From: an uncultured Chloroflexia bacterium
GTDB lineage: Bacteria; Chloroflexota; Anaerolineae; JAAYZQ01
Direction: 5' to 3'
Length of the DNA stretch: 64,000 bases
Assembly (NCBI GenBank): GCA_963700285.1
Contig: CAVOXA010000001.1
Coordinates: forward strand, 1,024,001 to 1,088,000
Under the pieces are notes generated by a model. The model saw only the letters and a program-made list of their open reading frames with translations. It made no database searches and was not told the DNA's origin. The translations under genes were made by a program, and so were the position numbers. Shown piece by piece: positions 9,562 through 19,830 of the stretch. Numbering within the stretch: the first letter of the stretch is position 1; every line of letters starts with the position of its first letter.

Positions 9562-10053
9562 GTGAAGATTGCGATTCTGTCGGACGTTCATGACAACATT
9601 TGGAAGCTGGAAACGATGTTGGCCGGCCTTGAAGCCCAAGCTCTCATCTTTTGCGGAGATTTTTGCGCGCCCTTTACCCTGGCCCAGATAGCCGACGGCT
9701 TTGCTGGACCGATCCACGCGGTCTTTGGCAACAACGATGGCGACCAGTTCCTGCTGGCGCGGGTGGCGGCCAAGTACCCTCACGTCACCTTGCACGGCGA
9801 TTTCGCCGAGTTGACGCTGGATGGACGCCAGGTAGCCGTGACCCACTACCCGGAGATCGGACGAGCGCTGGCGCAGGGGGGCGTCTATGACCTCGTCTGC
9901 CACGGACACAGCCACGAGCGCCTGGTTGAGTCGACCGGTGGGACGCTGCGGGTGAACCCGGGTGAGGTGATGGGCCGCTTTGGGCTCTCAACCTACGCGT
10001 TGTACGATACGGGCACAGGTAAAGCCGAGATCGTGGCCGTCCCCAGCATCTGA
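9562..10053 (+). CDS. YfcE/MJ0936-family metallophosphoesterase
   Basis: ILSDVHDN, CGD, GNND, VTH, HGHSH, NPG motifs. Confidence 0.9.
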   Translation: MKIAILSDVHDNIWKLETMLAGLEAQALIFCGDFCAPFTLAQIADGFAGPIHAVFGNNDGDQFLLARVAAKYPHVTLHGDFAELTLDGRQVAVTHYPEIGRALAQGGVYDLVCHGHSHERLVESTGGTLRVNPGEVMGRFGLSTYALYDTGTGKAEIVAVPSI

Positions 10054-10239
10054 GATTGCCCGGAATCGACCTCTGACAGGCCACAAAGAAACTCGATCAA
10101 GTCATCCTTCGACTGCTCCCAGGACATGCCCTGAAGGCACGAAACAAGTCTCGGCTGAGCACAGAAGAGATCCCCTTTGATTTTGCTTCGGGCATACGTT
10201 GCTTTGCGCAGTATGGTGTTACGTCTGGATCCGCCGTAC

Positions 10240-12843
10240 CTATCCGCCCCAGAGGACTAGCCCCATCTCAAAAGCATTGCCCAGGTCGTCGTGGTGGGGA
10301 AGAATCCGCAGGGCATAGCCGTGCCGCCCGCTGGTCCGGCAGGTGATGGCACCGGCAAAGACATACTTGCCTTTACCCTTGGATTGGGCGATGAGCATGG
10401 GGGAGGCCTGGCCCTCGACGATTAGGCCCTCGGCGTTCAGCCGGCCATGGTACAGTTCTACCGACACATCGGTGGGGTTTAGCTTCCCCAGGTGCACGAG
10501 GGCCTGTACCTGCAACTGGTCGCCCACTTTGAGTCCGTAGACTTTGGTTCCCTCTTCCCAGATCTGTTCGATGCGGATCTGCGGCCATTGCCGGCCGAGT
10601 TCGGCCTTCCAGGCGGCCAGAGCCTTGGCTTTGGCCAGATCGTTCTCCACGAGCCGCTTGCTTCGCTCCGCCGAGGGTGAGTAGCAGCGTTCATAATACT
10701 CGCGTACCATACGATTGGTGTTGAACACGCCGGCATGGTCGCGCATCGCTGCCTTCATCTTGGCGATCCAGTCCCTGGGCAGTCCATCTCCATCCCGTCC
10801 TCGCTCGAAAAAGAGCGGAACGATCTCCTTTTCCAAAAGATCATAGATGGCATTAGCTTCAATCTGATCCTGGTAATCGGACTGATCTTCAGCATACTCT
10901 TCGCCGAGGCCAATGGCCCATCCGGTCTCGGGGCTGTATCCTTCATCCCACCAGCCGTCAAGGACGCTTATGTTCGGGGCGCCGTTGGCTGTGGCCTTCA
11001 TGCCGCTGGTGCCACTGGCCTCGTGGGGGCGCCGGGGTGTGTTCAGCCAGACATCTACGCCCTGTACCAGGTAGCGAGCCACGGTCATGTCATAGTCCTC
11101 GATAAACACGATCCGGTTTCGAAACTCGGGCCGCCGAGCGTGGTGGATGATGTCGCGGACCAATTCCTTGCCTGGATTGTCCTTTGGATGGGCCTTGCCG
11201 GCAAAGATGACCTGTACCGGGCGGCTCCTGTCACCCACGATGGCTGCCAGTCGCTCCAGATCATGGAACAAGAGTGCGGCCCGTTTGTAAGTGGCAAAGC
11301 GCCGGGCAAAGCCGATGGTCAAGGCATCGGGATTCAGGACCTCTTCGGCGTGACTGATCTCCGCGGGCCTGCTGCCTCGCTGCAAGAGTTGGCTGCGCAA
11401 TCGACTCCGGGCAAAGGCCACGAGCCGTTCGCGGCGGCGTTCGTGCGTCCGCCACAGCTCTTCATCGGGGATCCGGGCAACGCGTCGCCAAATCGATTGG
11501 TCCGCCGGGCGCTCGATCCAGCGCGGCCCCAGGTAGCGGTCATAAAGATCGGCCATGTCGTGGGAGATCCAAGAGCGCGGGTGGATGCCATTGGTGATGC
11601 CCAGGATGGGTACTTCATCGGCCGGCACCTGGGGCCAGACTTCTTGCCACATCCTGCGCGAGACGCGAGCATGGAGCTGGCTCACGCCATTGGTCTTGTT
11701 GGCCAGTCGCATAGCCAGGATGGCCATGCAAAAGTAGCCATGCGTATCGGCCGGGTTCTTTCTCCCCAATCCCAGAAATTCGTCCTGTGATAGTCCCAGT
11801 TTGGGATAGTAGTGGCTGAAATAGCGATCCACCAAGGCGGGAGAAAACCAGTCAATGCCCGCCGGTACTGGAGTATGGGTGGTGAATACGTGCCCGCCAG
11901 TGGCTGCTTCGCGAGCCTCGGCGAAGGAAATCTGGTACTCCTCCATGAGCAACCGGATGCGCTCCAAGGCCAAAAAAGCAGAGTGACCTTCGTTCATGTG
12001 GAAGACGGTGGCCTGCAGCCCCAAGGCTTTCAGCGCGCGGATGCCGCCGATGCCCAGCAATACCTCCTGCCGGATGCGCAGGTCATCGTCCCCCCCATAT
12101 AGCTGGTTGGTGATGTCCCGATCCGAAGGCTGGTTGTCCTCGATGTTTGTGTCGAGCAGGTACAGGGGCACGCGGCCTACTTGAGCTCGCCACACCTGGG
12201 CCTTCACCGCGCGCCCGGGATACTCGACCTCGATCAGGAGGGGCTCGCCGCTGGACTGTCTTTCCAGTGTGACCGGCAGGTTGTAAAAGTCGTTTTTGGG
12301 ATAGAGTTCTTGCTGCCAGCCGTCGGGGTTCAAGTATTGATGGAAATAGCCCTCTTGATACAGCAATCCCACACCCAGGAAGGGCAGACCCAGATCACTC
12401 GCTGACTTTAGGTGATCCCCGGCCAGGATACCCAAACCCCCGGCATAGATACTCAGACTCTCGGTCAGACCGAACTCTGCCGAGAAATAGGCAATGCGCA
12501 GCACCGGATCAGCAGGTGGGCCTTGAGCCTCGCCGCTGCCATGGGTCTTGGTGTACCACGTGGACTCGCCCTCCATATAGCGGTCGAACTCCCGGCAGAC
12601 CCGCCCAAGGTGCGCCATGAATCCATCGTCTTCGGCGACTTGCTGTAGCCGCTCCTGTCGAATGGTTCCCAGGACCAGGACAGGGTTGTGACCGGTGCTC
12701 TCCCACAGATCCCGGTCTAGCCTGCGAAACAGCTCGATGGCATCGTGGTTCCAACTCCACCACAGGTTGTGGGCCAGGTCGCGTAGCCGCTCCAGGCTGT
12801 CGGGCAACAACGGGATAACGCGAAATGTATAGCTTGGTCGCAT
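10240..12843 (-). CDS. glgP: Alpha-glucan (glycogen/maltodextrin) phosphorylase
   Basis: AYFSAEFG, YAGGLGILAGDHLK, HMNEGH, FARRFATYKR, EASGTSGMK (PLP Lys), LDGWWDEG; SD before ATG 12843. Confidence 0.96.
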   Translation of the reverse strand: MRPSYTFRVIPLLPDSLERLRDLAHNLWWSWNHDAIELFRRLDRDLWESTGHNPVLVLGTIRQERLQQVAEDDGFMAHLGRVCREFDRYMEGESTWYTKTHGSGEAQGPPADPVLRIAYFSAEFGLTESLSIYAGGLGILAGDHLKSASDLGLPFLGVGLLYQEGYFHQYLNPDGWQQELYPKNDFYNLPVTLERQSSGEPLLIEVEYPGRAVKAQVWRAQVGRVPLYLLDTNIEDNQPSDRDITNQLYGGDDDLRIRQEVLLGIGGIRALKALGLQATVFHMNEGHSAFLALERIRLLMEEYQISFAEAREAATGGHVFTTHTPVPAGIDWFSPALVDRYFSHYYPKLGLSQDEFLGLGRKNPADTHGYFCMAILAMRLANKTNGVSQLHARVSRRMWQEVWPQVPADEVPILGITNGIHPRSWISHDMADLYDRYLGPRWIERPADQSIWRRVARIPDEELWRTHERRRERLVAFARSRLRSQLLQRGSRPAEISHAEEVLNPDALTIGFARRFATYKRAALLFHDLERLAAIVGDRSRPVQVIFAGKAHPKDNPGKELVRDIIHHARRPEFRNRIVFIEDYDMTVARYLVQGVDVWLNTPRRPHEASGTSGMKATANGAPNISVLDGWWDEGYSPETGWAIGLGEEYAEDQSDYQDQIEANAIYDLLEKEIVPLFFERGRDGDGLPRDWIAKMKAAMRDHAGVFNTNRMVREYYERCYSPSAERSKRLVENDLAKAKALAAWKAELGRQWPQIRIEQIWEEGTKVYGLKVGDQLQVQALVHLGKLNPTDVSVELYHGRLNAEGLIVEGQASPMLIAQSKGKGKYVFAGAITCRTSGRHGYALRILPHHDDLGNAFEMGLVLWGG

Positions 12844-12960
12844 GTCCTCTTCCCCATCGAATTTGAACTGACATTCTACCTCATAAGCTGAAAAAGGCAA
12901 ATTCCCGGGTCTCCCTACAGGCAGCAAGTGGTCGGGCTTTGGTTGGTTTTGGTCCTGTTC

Positions 12961-13081
12961 TATGGGACGCCATCCTGCAGAGAATCGCCTGTGGGATGCT
13001 ATGGGGAAAGTCGCGATGGTACAGTGTGTTGTGGGATAGCGACGCTGCTATGTGGGATAACTGTGGGATAAATGTGGGAAA
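12961..13081. repeat. Cluster of TGTGGGA(T) direct repeats upstream of glgP
   Basis: TGTGGGA at 12990, 13030, 13051, 13062, 13073 (last three spaced 11 nt); degenerate TATGGG at 12961 and 13000. Confidence 0.75.
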
Positions 13082-13087
13082 CTGCGG

Positions 13088-14461
13088 CTACTTGAAGATA
13101 TAGTAGGTCGCGCGCTTTTCACCGATTTTGAGGAGCAGATCCTTGCGTACCAGACCAGCTAGGTCGCGCCTGATCGTCTCGGCTGTGACCTCCGGGCACA
13201 GTTCCTGGTACTCGCGGTTGGTGATGCGACCCTTGCCCGCCAGATAGGCCAGGGCTTGCTCCTGCCGCTCGTTCAAATCGAGATGGCGCCACTGCCGGGT
13301 GCTGTCTGACTCGCCGATCAGGCTTTCGCCATAGCCCGTGAGCGTCACCTGGAAACCAGCGGCCGTTTCTTGAAACCGGGGGGGTGGGAGGCCCGCATTG
13401 GCCATGAGCCGGATCATGCGGTCGACGCCGTAGCCCAGGCGCTCGATGAAGCCCATGTCTGACAGTACCTGGACGATGGTTTCGTTTCGGCTAAATCGCT
13501 CATCGACAAGGTTGTTGATGGTGACGTGGCCCGGCAGGCGGCCGGGGCTATAGAAAGTGACGCGGTCTGCGAAAAACATGACGCGGATCTCGTCACCCCG
13601 GATCCGATAGTCGCGATGGGCCACGGCGTTGACGAGGGCCTCGCGCACCGCTTCAACAGGATACTCGGTCTCCTCGATTCGCTCCAGGCCCTCGAGCCGC
13701 ACGCCACGCCGCATGTTGCTCACGATGAAAGCCTCAGCTTGCCGGATCTGCTCCGGCAGCGGACCACGGAGCTCCTCTCTGATAAAGCTGTCGTCCATGT
13801 CCCGGCCAGCGTAGCGGACCACCAAGATCTCGCTGGATGGGACCCAGCGCTGTGCGTCGCGGCCAAAGAGGAGAAGGCCGGCGAAGGTAGGCGATAGACG
13901 GTCATCCTTCCTGACCAGGCAGCCGCGCAGCAGCAGTATCTCCTCGGGGCCGGCTCCGGGCCGGCCACTCAACCCCGACAAATACGACTCGACCTTGTCC
14001 CAATCGATATCCTCCAGGCGGGCGCTTTCGGGTACGAGGCTCTCAAAACTGACTGCCCCCCGTTCCATCATCAGAATCCGGAGCTGTCGCGGGTCCAGTG
14101 GGCGATCATGGGCGCCGGCCCGAACTAGGAATTTGCCTTTGTAGCTGTAAACGTGGGGCATCCCAGGCGGTACGGTGATGACCAGTACCTGCTTGCCCTC
14201 AGTCTCGGCAATCTTGGGTACGGGGATGATGAGGGGAGGATCGGTGGTAAGCGCGGTCTCCAGAGCGCGGTCCAGTGCCGCACCGGGGTCGGCCAGCCCG
14301 TGGGGTTCACCGCTGCGGGGCTCTATGCCGACGTACAGTGTGCCACCGCCGGCGTTGGCAAAGGCCACCAATGTCTCAGCCAATTTGGCAGGCGTGGTGG
14401 CCTCTGATTTGAATGCTATCTGTTCTCCCTGGTCAGGGATGCTGAAAGATGCCGAAGACAT
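13088..14461 (-). CDS. AlbA_2 (Schlafen-like) + HATPase_c_4 + HTH protein ('RecG-like' putative regulator)
   Basis: LVAFANAGGGTLYVGI, AVREALVNAVAHRDY, FYSPGRLP, SRNETI, IERLGYG, C-terminal wHTH (ITNREYQ...TIRRDLAGLV). Confidence 0.88.
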   Translation of the reverse strand: MSSASFSIPDQGEQIAFKSEATTPAKLAETLVAFANAGGGTLYVGIEPRSGEPHGLADPGAALDRALETALTTDPPLIIPVPKIAETEGKQVLVITVPPGMPHVYSYKGKFLVRAGAHDRPLDPRQLRILMMERGAVSFESLVPESARLEDIDWDKVESYLSGLSGRPGAGPEEILLLRGCLVRKDDRLSPTFAGLLLFGRDAQRWVPSSEILVVRYAGRDMDDSFIREELRGPLPEQIRQAEAFIVSNMRRGVRLEGLERIEETEYPVEAVREALVNAVAHRDYRIRGDEIRVMFFADRVTFYSPGRLPGHVTINNLVDERFSRNETIVQVLSDMGFIERLGYGVDRMIRLMANAGLPPPRFQETAAGFQVTLTGYGESLIGESDSTRQWRHLDLNERQEQALAYLAGKGRITNREYQELCPEVTAETIRRDLAGLVRKDLLLKIGEKRATYYIFK

Positions 14462-14518
14462 GATCAACCAGCCGCGCTTCTGCTGAGGGGGCACTGCCTG
14501 GCCATCTGCCTGCCTCCG

Positions 14519-15841
14519 TCACTTCCCAACGGGTATGCAGGTTGTCCAGTATGATTCCAACCGCCACTCGCAGCCGTAGGGTAGTGCCTGGGGGTTTTCG
14601 ATACCGACCACGGTCCAGGTTACCAGACAGGGATGATCGTAGTCGATCTGGCCGTTCTTGTCTATCCCCACCACCGTGGCGGTGATGTCTCGATCCTCGC
14701 GCAGTTGTTCGGCCGTGATATCCGGCTGATAGCGAATCTCCAACACCAATGCTCCGAACAGGTCATCCCGCGCTTGGGCGATGCTGGATGATTCCGTGGA
14801 AAGGCCAAATGGGTCGTCCTTGATGTCATAGATCTGCTGGGCGTAGGGACTCAGGAAGGACTCGGCCACCTGAAGGTTTTCCTTGTCCTTGCCAAGCTTT
14901 GAATAGAAAGCCAGTACTGCTTTCTCGGGGTAATAGGCGGTGGGTATGCTGTCCGGCTCTCCCGGACCAAAGTCAATGCTGGAGGCAACCGGATCCAGCA
15001 GTACCTTGCCTCCAGGCCGAAAATAGGATCCATTCTGTGGCTTGTATATCTTTTTGACGGTCAGCTGGCTGCGCTCGAACCCGCCGCTGTCCCAGACGCT
15101 GACAGTGTTGCCATCGAGCTTCACCTTGTAGGTGCCGCGGAAGGATCCGATGTTGTCATAATTTAGACGCTCGGCATAGGGCACGGCTAGATTCGGGTTT
15201 TCATGCCGCAGGCTCTGGATCTCAAAGCAGTCTGGATAGGTCCCAACCTTGCGAAAGACGTTGAGATCCGTCGTAACACCGCGCGTCTGGCCAAAGACAA
15301 TCACCTCGGGACGGTCTGCCCCGTCTGACTGAGGGTCATCGTAGGTGATGATGTTGTCGACCTCTACGTCGGCAGAGTCCTGGCCGAGGTAGTCATAGTG
15401 CACCGGTACCAGTTCGTACGACAGGATAGCCGGAGGGCGGCAGAGATCGGGGACATAGATGGCGGCGCCGAAAGGGCCTGTGGGTTTTTCCTTGCTGGCG
15501 CCCACCACGTCATAGCGGTAGAAGGTGAACCACTCGTCGGGGTCCTCGTCTTCGTATGTCTCGTCGGTATCAACCCGGACGATATAGTCGGGATGGAGGA
15601 CTCCCGGTGCGATCTCGGTCAGGTCGATGATCTTGTTGTCGGTCAACCGGTGGGCAATCGTCCATTTGGTTGGAACGGGGTCCCAGTCCAGTACTCGGAC
15701 GGCGACCACGAGGCCCAAGCTCACTGAAAGCGCAAACCATACCAGGAAGAACAGCAGCCGGCTGATCTGTGGGGATCCGGGCGAGCGAAAGGTCAGGATC
15801 AAGAACACGAACCACAAGACGCCGAGAAGGATGATCGCCAC
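14519..15841 (-). CDS. Hypothetical membrane-anchored protein (2 N-terminal TM helices, large extracytoplasmic domain)
   Basis: 440-aa ORF with normal codon bias, 16 nt after the lon stop; no family recognised. Confidence 0.7.
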   Translation of the reverse strand: MAIILLGVLWFVFLILTFRSPGSPQISRLLFFLVWFALSVSLGLVVAVRVLDWDPVPTKWTIAHRLTDNKIIDLTEIAPGVLHPDYIVRVDTDETYEDEDPDEWFTFYRYDVVGASKEKPTGPFGAAIYVPDLCRPPAILSYELVPVHYDYLGQDSADVEVDNIITYDDPQSDGADRPEVIVFGQTRGVTTDLNVFRKVGTYPDCFEIQSLRHENPNLAVPYAERLNYDNIGSFRGTYKVKLDGNTVSVWDSGGFERSQLTVKKIYKPQNGSYFRPGGKVLLDPVASSIDFGPGEPDSIPTAYYPEKAVLAFYSKLGKDKENLQVAESFLSPYAQQIYDIKDDPFGLSTESSSIAQARDDLFGALVLEIRYQPDITAEQLREDRDITATVVGIDKNGQIDYDHPCLVTWTVVGIENPQALPYGCEWRLESYWTTCIPVGK

Positions 15842-15857
15842 AGCCGTCTCCCACCAC

Positions 15858-18305
15858 TCAGTTTGGCCGGGACGAAGCCGGCCTCATGCCTGCTCCTTCC
15901 AGCACAGGTTCAAGCTGTCCTTCGGGCAACAGCGCCACGGGCAGCACCTCTTCCATCCTCTCCACGAATACGAAGGTCAGGTCGCGCTTGACTCGCTTGG
16001 GGATCTCTACCATATCCTTCCGGTTCTGTTTGGGCAGAAGCACGATCTTGAGCCCTGCTCGGTGGGCGGCCAGTACCTTTTCTCGTAACCCGCCGATGGG
16101 CAACACCCGGCCTCGAAGTGTGATCTCGCCGGTCATTGCCACGTCATGGTGGACGGGCCGCTCGACGAGGGCTGAGATCAGTGCCGTGGCCATTGTGATC
16201 CCGGCCGAAGGCCCATCCTTGGGAATGGCACCCTCGGGCACGTGGATGTGGATATCCAGCTTGTCGAAATCTATCTCGTCGATGTTCAGCTCGTGGGCAT
16301 GGGAGCGGGTGTAGGAGAGCGCCGCTTGGCCTGATTCCTGCATTACGTCACCCAGCTGGCCGGTGAGCATCAACCCTCCCTTGCCATCCATTAACGTTAC
16401 CTCAATCGGCATCAGATCGCCACCTGCCTCAGTCCAGGCGATACCCAGGGCCAGGCCAATCTCGTCGACCCGGTCTTCTTCGTCGCGCAGAAAGCGAGGG
16501 GGCCCCAGGTACTTGCCCAGCGATTGTATCTTGACCTGACGCGGCGCTGGTTTGTCCTCGGCCACGCGGCGGGCTACCTTGCGGCATACATTCGCGATCT
16601 CTCGCTCCAGATTCCGTACTCCCGCCTCGTAGGTGTAATCGCGGATCATTGTGCGCAGCGCCTTGTCGGAGAAGAGCAAATGGCGTTCCGTCGCGCCCAA
16701 TCCATTTTCGCTCAATTGCCTGGGAATGAGGAACTTGCGGGCAATGGCCAGCTTTTCCTCCTCAATATAGCCTGGGAACTCGATCACTTCCATCCGATCG
16801 GCCAGCGCGGGCGGGATGGGATCCAGGATGTTGGCGGTGGTGATGAACATCACCTTCGAGAGGTCGTAGGGCAGATCCAGGTAATGGTCCGAGAATTCAA
16901 AGTTCTGCTCTGGGTCCAGCACCTCTAACAGCGCGGCCGAGGGATCGCCGCGGAAATCGGCGCCCACTTTGTCGATCTCGTCGAGCATGAAGAGCGGGTT
17001 GATGGTACCTGCCGTGCGCATGGTCTGGATGATTCGCCCGGGCATCGCGCCGATATAGGTGCGGCGGTGACCCCGGATCTCGGCCTCGTCGCGGATGCCG
17101 CCCAGCGACACGCGCACAAATTCGCGCCCGAGCGCCTTGGCGATGGAGCGGCCTAGCGAGGTTTTGCCCGTACCTGGTGGCCCGGCAAAGCAAAGGATGG
17201 GACTGCGCGTGATAGGCTTTTCGCCGGCCAGCTTGCGCACGGCCATGTACTCCAGGATACGCTCTTTTGCCTTGGGCAGGCCATAGTGGTTTGCATCAAG
17301 CGCCTTGGCCACCTCGCCAATGGCCAGATTGTCTGTCGTGGCCTTGGTCCAGGGTAGCTCCACCAGCCAATCAAGGTAAGTGCGAATAATACCCACCTCT
17401 GGGGCAGCAGGGGGCATAGCCTTCAAGCGGGCCATCTCTTTCTGGGCTTTGGCCAGCACTTTCTCGGGCATATCGACGGAGGCAAGCTTGTCCTCCATCT
17501 CCTGGACCTCGGCGGTCTGGATATCTATCTCGCCCAGTTCCGATTGGATGGCGCGCATCTGCTCGCGCAAAAAGTACTCGCGCTGCGAGCGATCCACTTC
17601 TTGCTGTACCTTGTTATGGATGCTGCTCTCTAGTTCCAGCACGTCCAGCTCGTTGGCCAGGAGGATGCTGAGCCTCTGCAGCCGGGCGGTGGGGTCTAGG
17701 ATCTCTAGCAACTCCTGGCGTTTCTGGAAATCCAGGTCAAGGAGTGAGGCAAGCAGGTCGGCCAATTGTCCCGGTTCGGAGAGATTCATGGCGGCAACGT
17801 AGGCATCCTCGGGCAGCGTGCGCGACAAATGTACCACCTTTTCAAAGAGAGACAAGACGGCCCGCATCAAGGCTTCCGTGCCCAGTGTGATCTTTTTGGA
17901 TTCCTGGAGCGGCTGGATCTGGGCGCGAATGAAGGGCTGTGTCTGCTTGAGTCCCAGGATCTTGACTCGCCGCCGGCCTTGCCCAAGGATGTTCGTACTG
18001 CCGTCCGGCAAACGCAGGATACGCCCCACAACCATCTCCACGCCGATGTCGTACAGGTCCTCCAATTCTGGTTCTTGGACCTCGGGATCGCGCTGGCCAA
18101 CAACCACGATGAGGTTATCGCTGTTTGTTGCAGCCTCGACGGCTTTTAGGGAACGGTCGCGGCCTACAGATAGAGGAGCCATCATGTGCGGAAAGACAAC
18201 CATGTCCCTCAAAGGCAGCAGTGGATAGTCGCCCAAATGGTTGTCGTCACCTTCATCCAGGAAATCGTCAATATTAAAAAGACCAAACTCGAAATCATAA
18301 CTCAA
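15858..18305 (-). CDS. lon: ATP-dependent protease La
   Basis: LPLRDMVVFP N-domain, GPPGTGKTS Walker A, LDEIDK, PKDGPSAG (catalytic Ser), PIGGLREK. Confidence 0.98.
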   Translation of the reverse strand: MSYDFEFGLFNIDDFLDEGDDNHLGDYPLLPLRDMVVFPHMMAPLSVGRDRSLKAVEAATNSDNLIVVVGQRDPEVQEPELEDLYDIGVEMVVGRILRLPDGSTNILGQGRRRVKILGLKQTQPFIRAQIQPLQESKKITLGTEALMRAVLSLFEKVVHLSRTLPEDAYVAAMNLSEPGQLADLLASLLDLDFQKRQELLEILDPTARLQRLSILLANELDVLELESSIHNKVQQEVDRSQREYFLREQMRAIQSELGEIDIQTAEVQEMEDKLASVDMPEKVLAKAQKEMARLKAMPPAAPEVGIIRTYLDWLVELPWTKATTDNLAIGEVAKALDANHYGLPKAKERILEYMAVRKLAGEKPITRSPILCFAGPPGTGKTSLGRSIAKALGREFVRVSLGGIRDEAEIRGHRRTYIGAMPGRIIQTMRTAGTINPLFMLDEIDKVGADFRGDPSAALLEVLDPEQNFEFSDHYLDLPYDLSKVMFITTANILDPIPPALADRMEVIEFPGYIEEEKLAIARKFLIPRQLSENGLGATERHLLFSDKALRTMIRDYTYEAGVRNLEREIANVCRKVARRVAEDKPAPRQVKIQSLGKYLGPPRFLRDEEDRVDEIGLALGIAWTEAGGDLMPIEVTLMDGKGGLMLTGQLGDVMQESGQAALSYTRSHAHELNIDEIDFDKLDIHIHVPEGAIPKDGPSAGITMATALISALVERPVHHDVAMTGEITLRGRVLPIGGLREKVLAAHRAGLKIVLLPKQNRKDMVEIPKRVKRDLTFVFVERMEEVLPVALLPEGQLEPVLEGAGMRPASSRPN

Positions 18306-18394
18306 TGTGAGACTCTCCTCTGTTTCCGACAGAAACTCATTGACACGTTCCCTAACTTACTATAACACAGGACGCACGAAAAGACAACTTGTAG

Positions 18395-19744
18395 CTAGTT
18401 TGGATCTGACGGTGGTAGAGCCATACCTTGACGGGCGAACCAGGCGGTCCGCGCTTCGGCGGCCACAAATACCGAGCCGGTGCAGCAGACGAGATCCTTA
18501 GGACCTGCGTCTGCCAGTGCCAGGTCAAGTGCTTGGGGAACGGTCGGGCATATTTCGGTCTTGAGGCCCAATTGCGCAGCCTGAGCTTGGATCCAGGCAG
18601 GCGTAGCAGCCTTGGGATGCTGCGTCGCTGTAATGATGGCGCGGCTAGCACCGGCAAGCAGCGCCCGGAGTAAGTCGGGTGTGACATGATCCGCCGAAGC
18701 GCCGAGCACGACGACCAAACGGTCATAGTCCAAGATCTCCTGCATGGCGGCCATCGACTTGCGCGCTGAATCTGCATTGTGCGCACAATCGACCACGACC
18801 AGCGGCTCGCGACTCAGGATCTCCAGGCGCCCCGGCCATCTTACGGCCGCCAAACCCCTCTGTGTGGCCTCCGCGGGCAGCGCAAGGCCCTGCTCTTCTA
18901 GCAGCGACAGGGCCGCTACTGCCGTCGTCGCATTCACTGCTTGATACGCGCCCAGCAGCGGGATACGAAACTCACCGATGGGATCAAGTCTGCGATAGAT
19001 GGTCAAGGTTTGTCCGTCGAGATCGGCATGGCCTGTCTCACAATTCCAATCGCGCCCCACCAGCGTCAATGGCGCATTATTCAGGAGGCTGGTGGCTTCG
19101 ATCACGGCCAGTGCGTCCTCGCTTTGAGGGGCGCTGACCACCGGAATTCCAGGCTTGATGATGCCTGCCTTCTCTGCGGCGATCTCGGCACAAGTCTCGC
19201 CCAGAATGCCTGTGTGATCGAGGCTGATGGAGGTGATGACCGCCACTGCGGGGGTAAGCACATTGGTGGCATCTAATCGCCCCCCCAACCCTACTTCTAC
19301 CGAAGCCCACGCGACGCCCTGTTCTGCAAACCAAGCAAAGGCCAGGCAGGTCATGACCTCAAAGGTGGTAATCTCGGGCACCTGGTCCAGCAGCGGCCGC
19401 ATCTGCTGGACCAGGCGGACCATGTCCTCTTCGGTGATCAGCTCGCCATTCACCTGGATCCGCTCGCGAAAAGAGTGAAGGTGAGGAGAGGTGTACAATC
19501 CGGTGCGATAGCCCGCTGCCTGAAGCACAGATGCGATCATCGCTGCCGTCGACCCCTTGCCCTTGGTTCCGGCGATGTGTACGGCCTGGAAGCTCTGTTG
19601 GGGATCGCCCAGCAGAGATAGAAGGTGCCGCACGCGGTCCAGACTGTAGAACTCGGAGGAGTAGGCGGCCAGACCCATCCGCTCATAGTCGGTGAAGCCA
19701 TATACGTACCACAGAATGTCTCGATAGGTTGCCATTGGTTTCAT
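18395..19744 (-). CDS. folC: Folylpolyglutamate synthase/dihydrofolate synthase
   Basis: HIAGTKGKGST, YTSPHL, EVGLGGRLDATN, EKAGIIK, WPGRLE, DCAHN, TGSVFV. Confidence 0.95.
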   Translation of the reverse strand: MKPMATYRDILWYVYGFTDYERMGLAAYSSEFYSLDRVRHLLSLLGDPQQSFQAVHIAGTKGKGSTAAMIASVLQAAGYRTGLYTSPHLHSFRERIQVNGELITEEDMVRLVQQMRPLLDQVPEITTFEVMTCLAFAWFAEQGVAWASVEVGLGGRLDATNVLTPAVAVITSISLDHTGILGETCAEIAAEKAGIIKPGIPVVSAPQSEDALAVIEATSLLNNAPLTLVGRDWNCETGHADLDGQTLTIYRRLDPIGEFRIPLLGAYQAVNATTAVAALSLLEEQGLALPAEATQRGLAAVRWPGRLEILSREPLVVVDCAHNADSARKSMAAMQEILDYDRLVVVLGASADHVTPDLLRALLAGASRAIITATQHPKAATPAWIQAQAAQLGLKTEICPTVPQALDLALADAGPKDLVCCTGSVFVAAEARTAWFARQGMALPPSDPN

Positions 19745-19750
19745 GGCGGT

Positions 19751-19779
19751 ATTCTATCTCATATGCCTAGAAATGTAAA
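19751..19779 (-). promoter_or_regulatory. Sigma70-type promoter of folC (TTTACA-17-TAGAAT), leaderless
   Basis: 17-nt spacer; ATG 6 nt after the -10. Confidence 0.55.
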
Positions 19780-19830
19780 GTTGCCAAAACAATAAGTGGG
19801 TGGTATCATGGGCGTGGAGGGAACTAGGGC

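Noticed and set aside
10101-10218. Degenerate REP-like element (CCTTCGACTGCTCCCAGG...GAGATCCC...) between convergent genes
   Set aside because: Too decayed and single-copy in this window to define boundaries.
12990-13081. TGTGGGATAA cluster as DnaA boxes/oriC or a CRISPR array
   Set aside because: Every copy has an extra G relative to TGTGGATAA; no dnaA/dnaN or AT-rich unwinding element nearby; units are too short and lack spacers for CRISPR.
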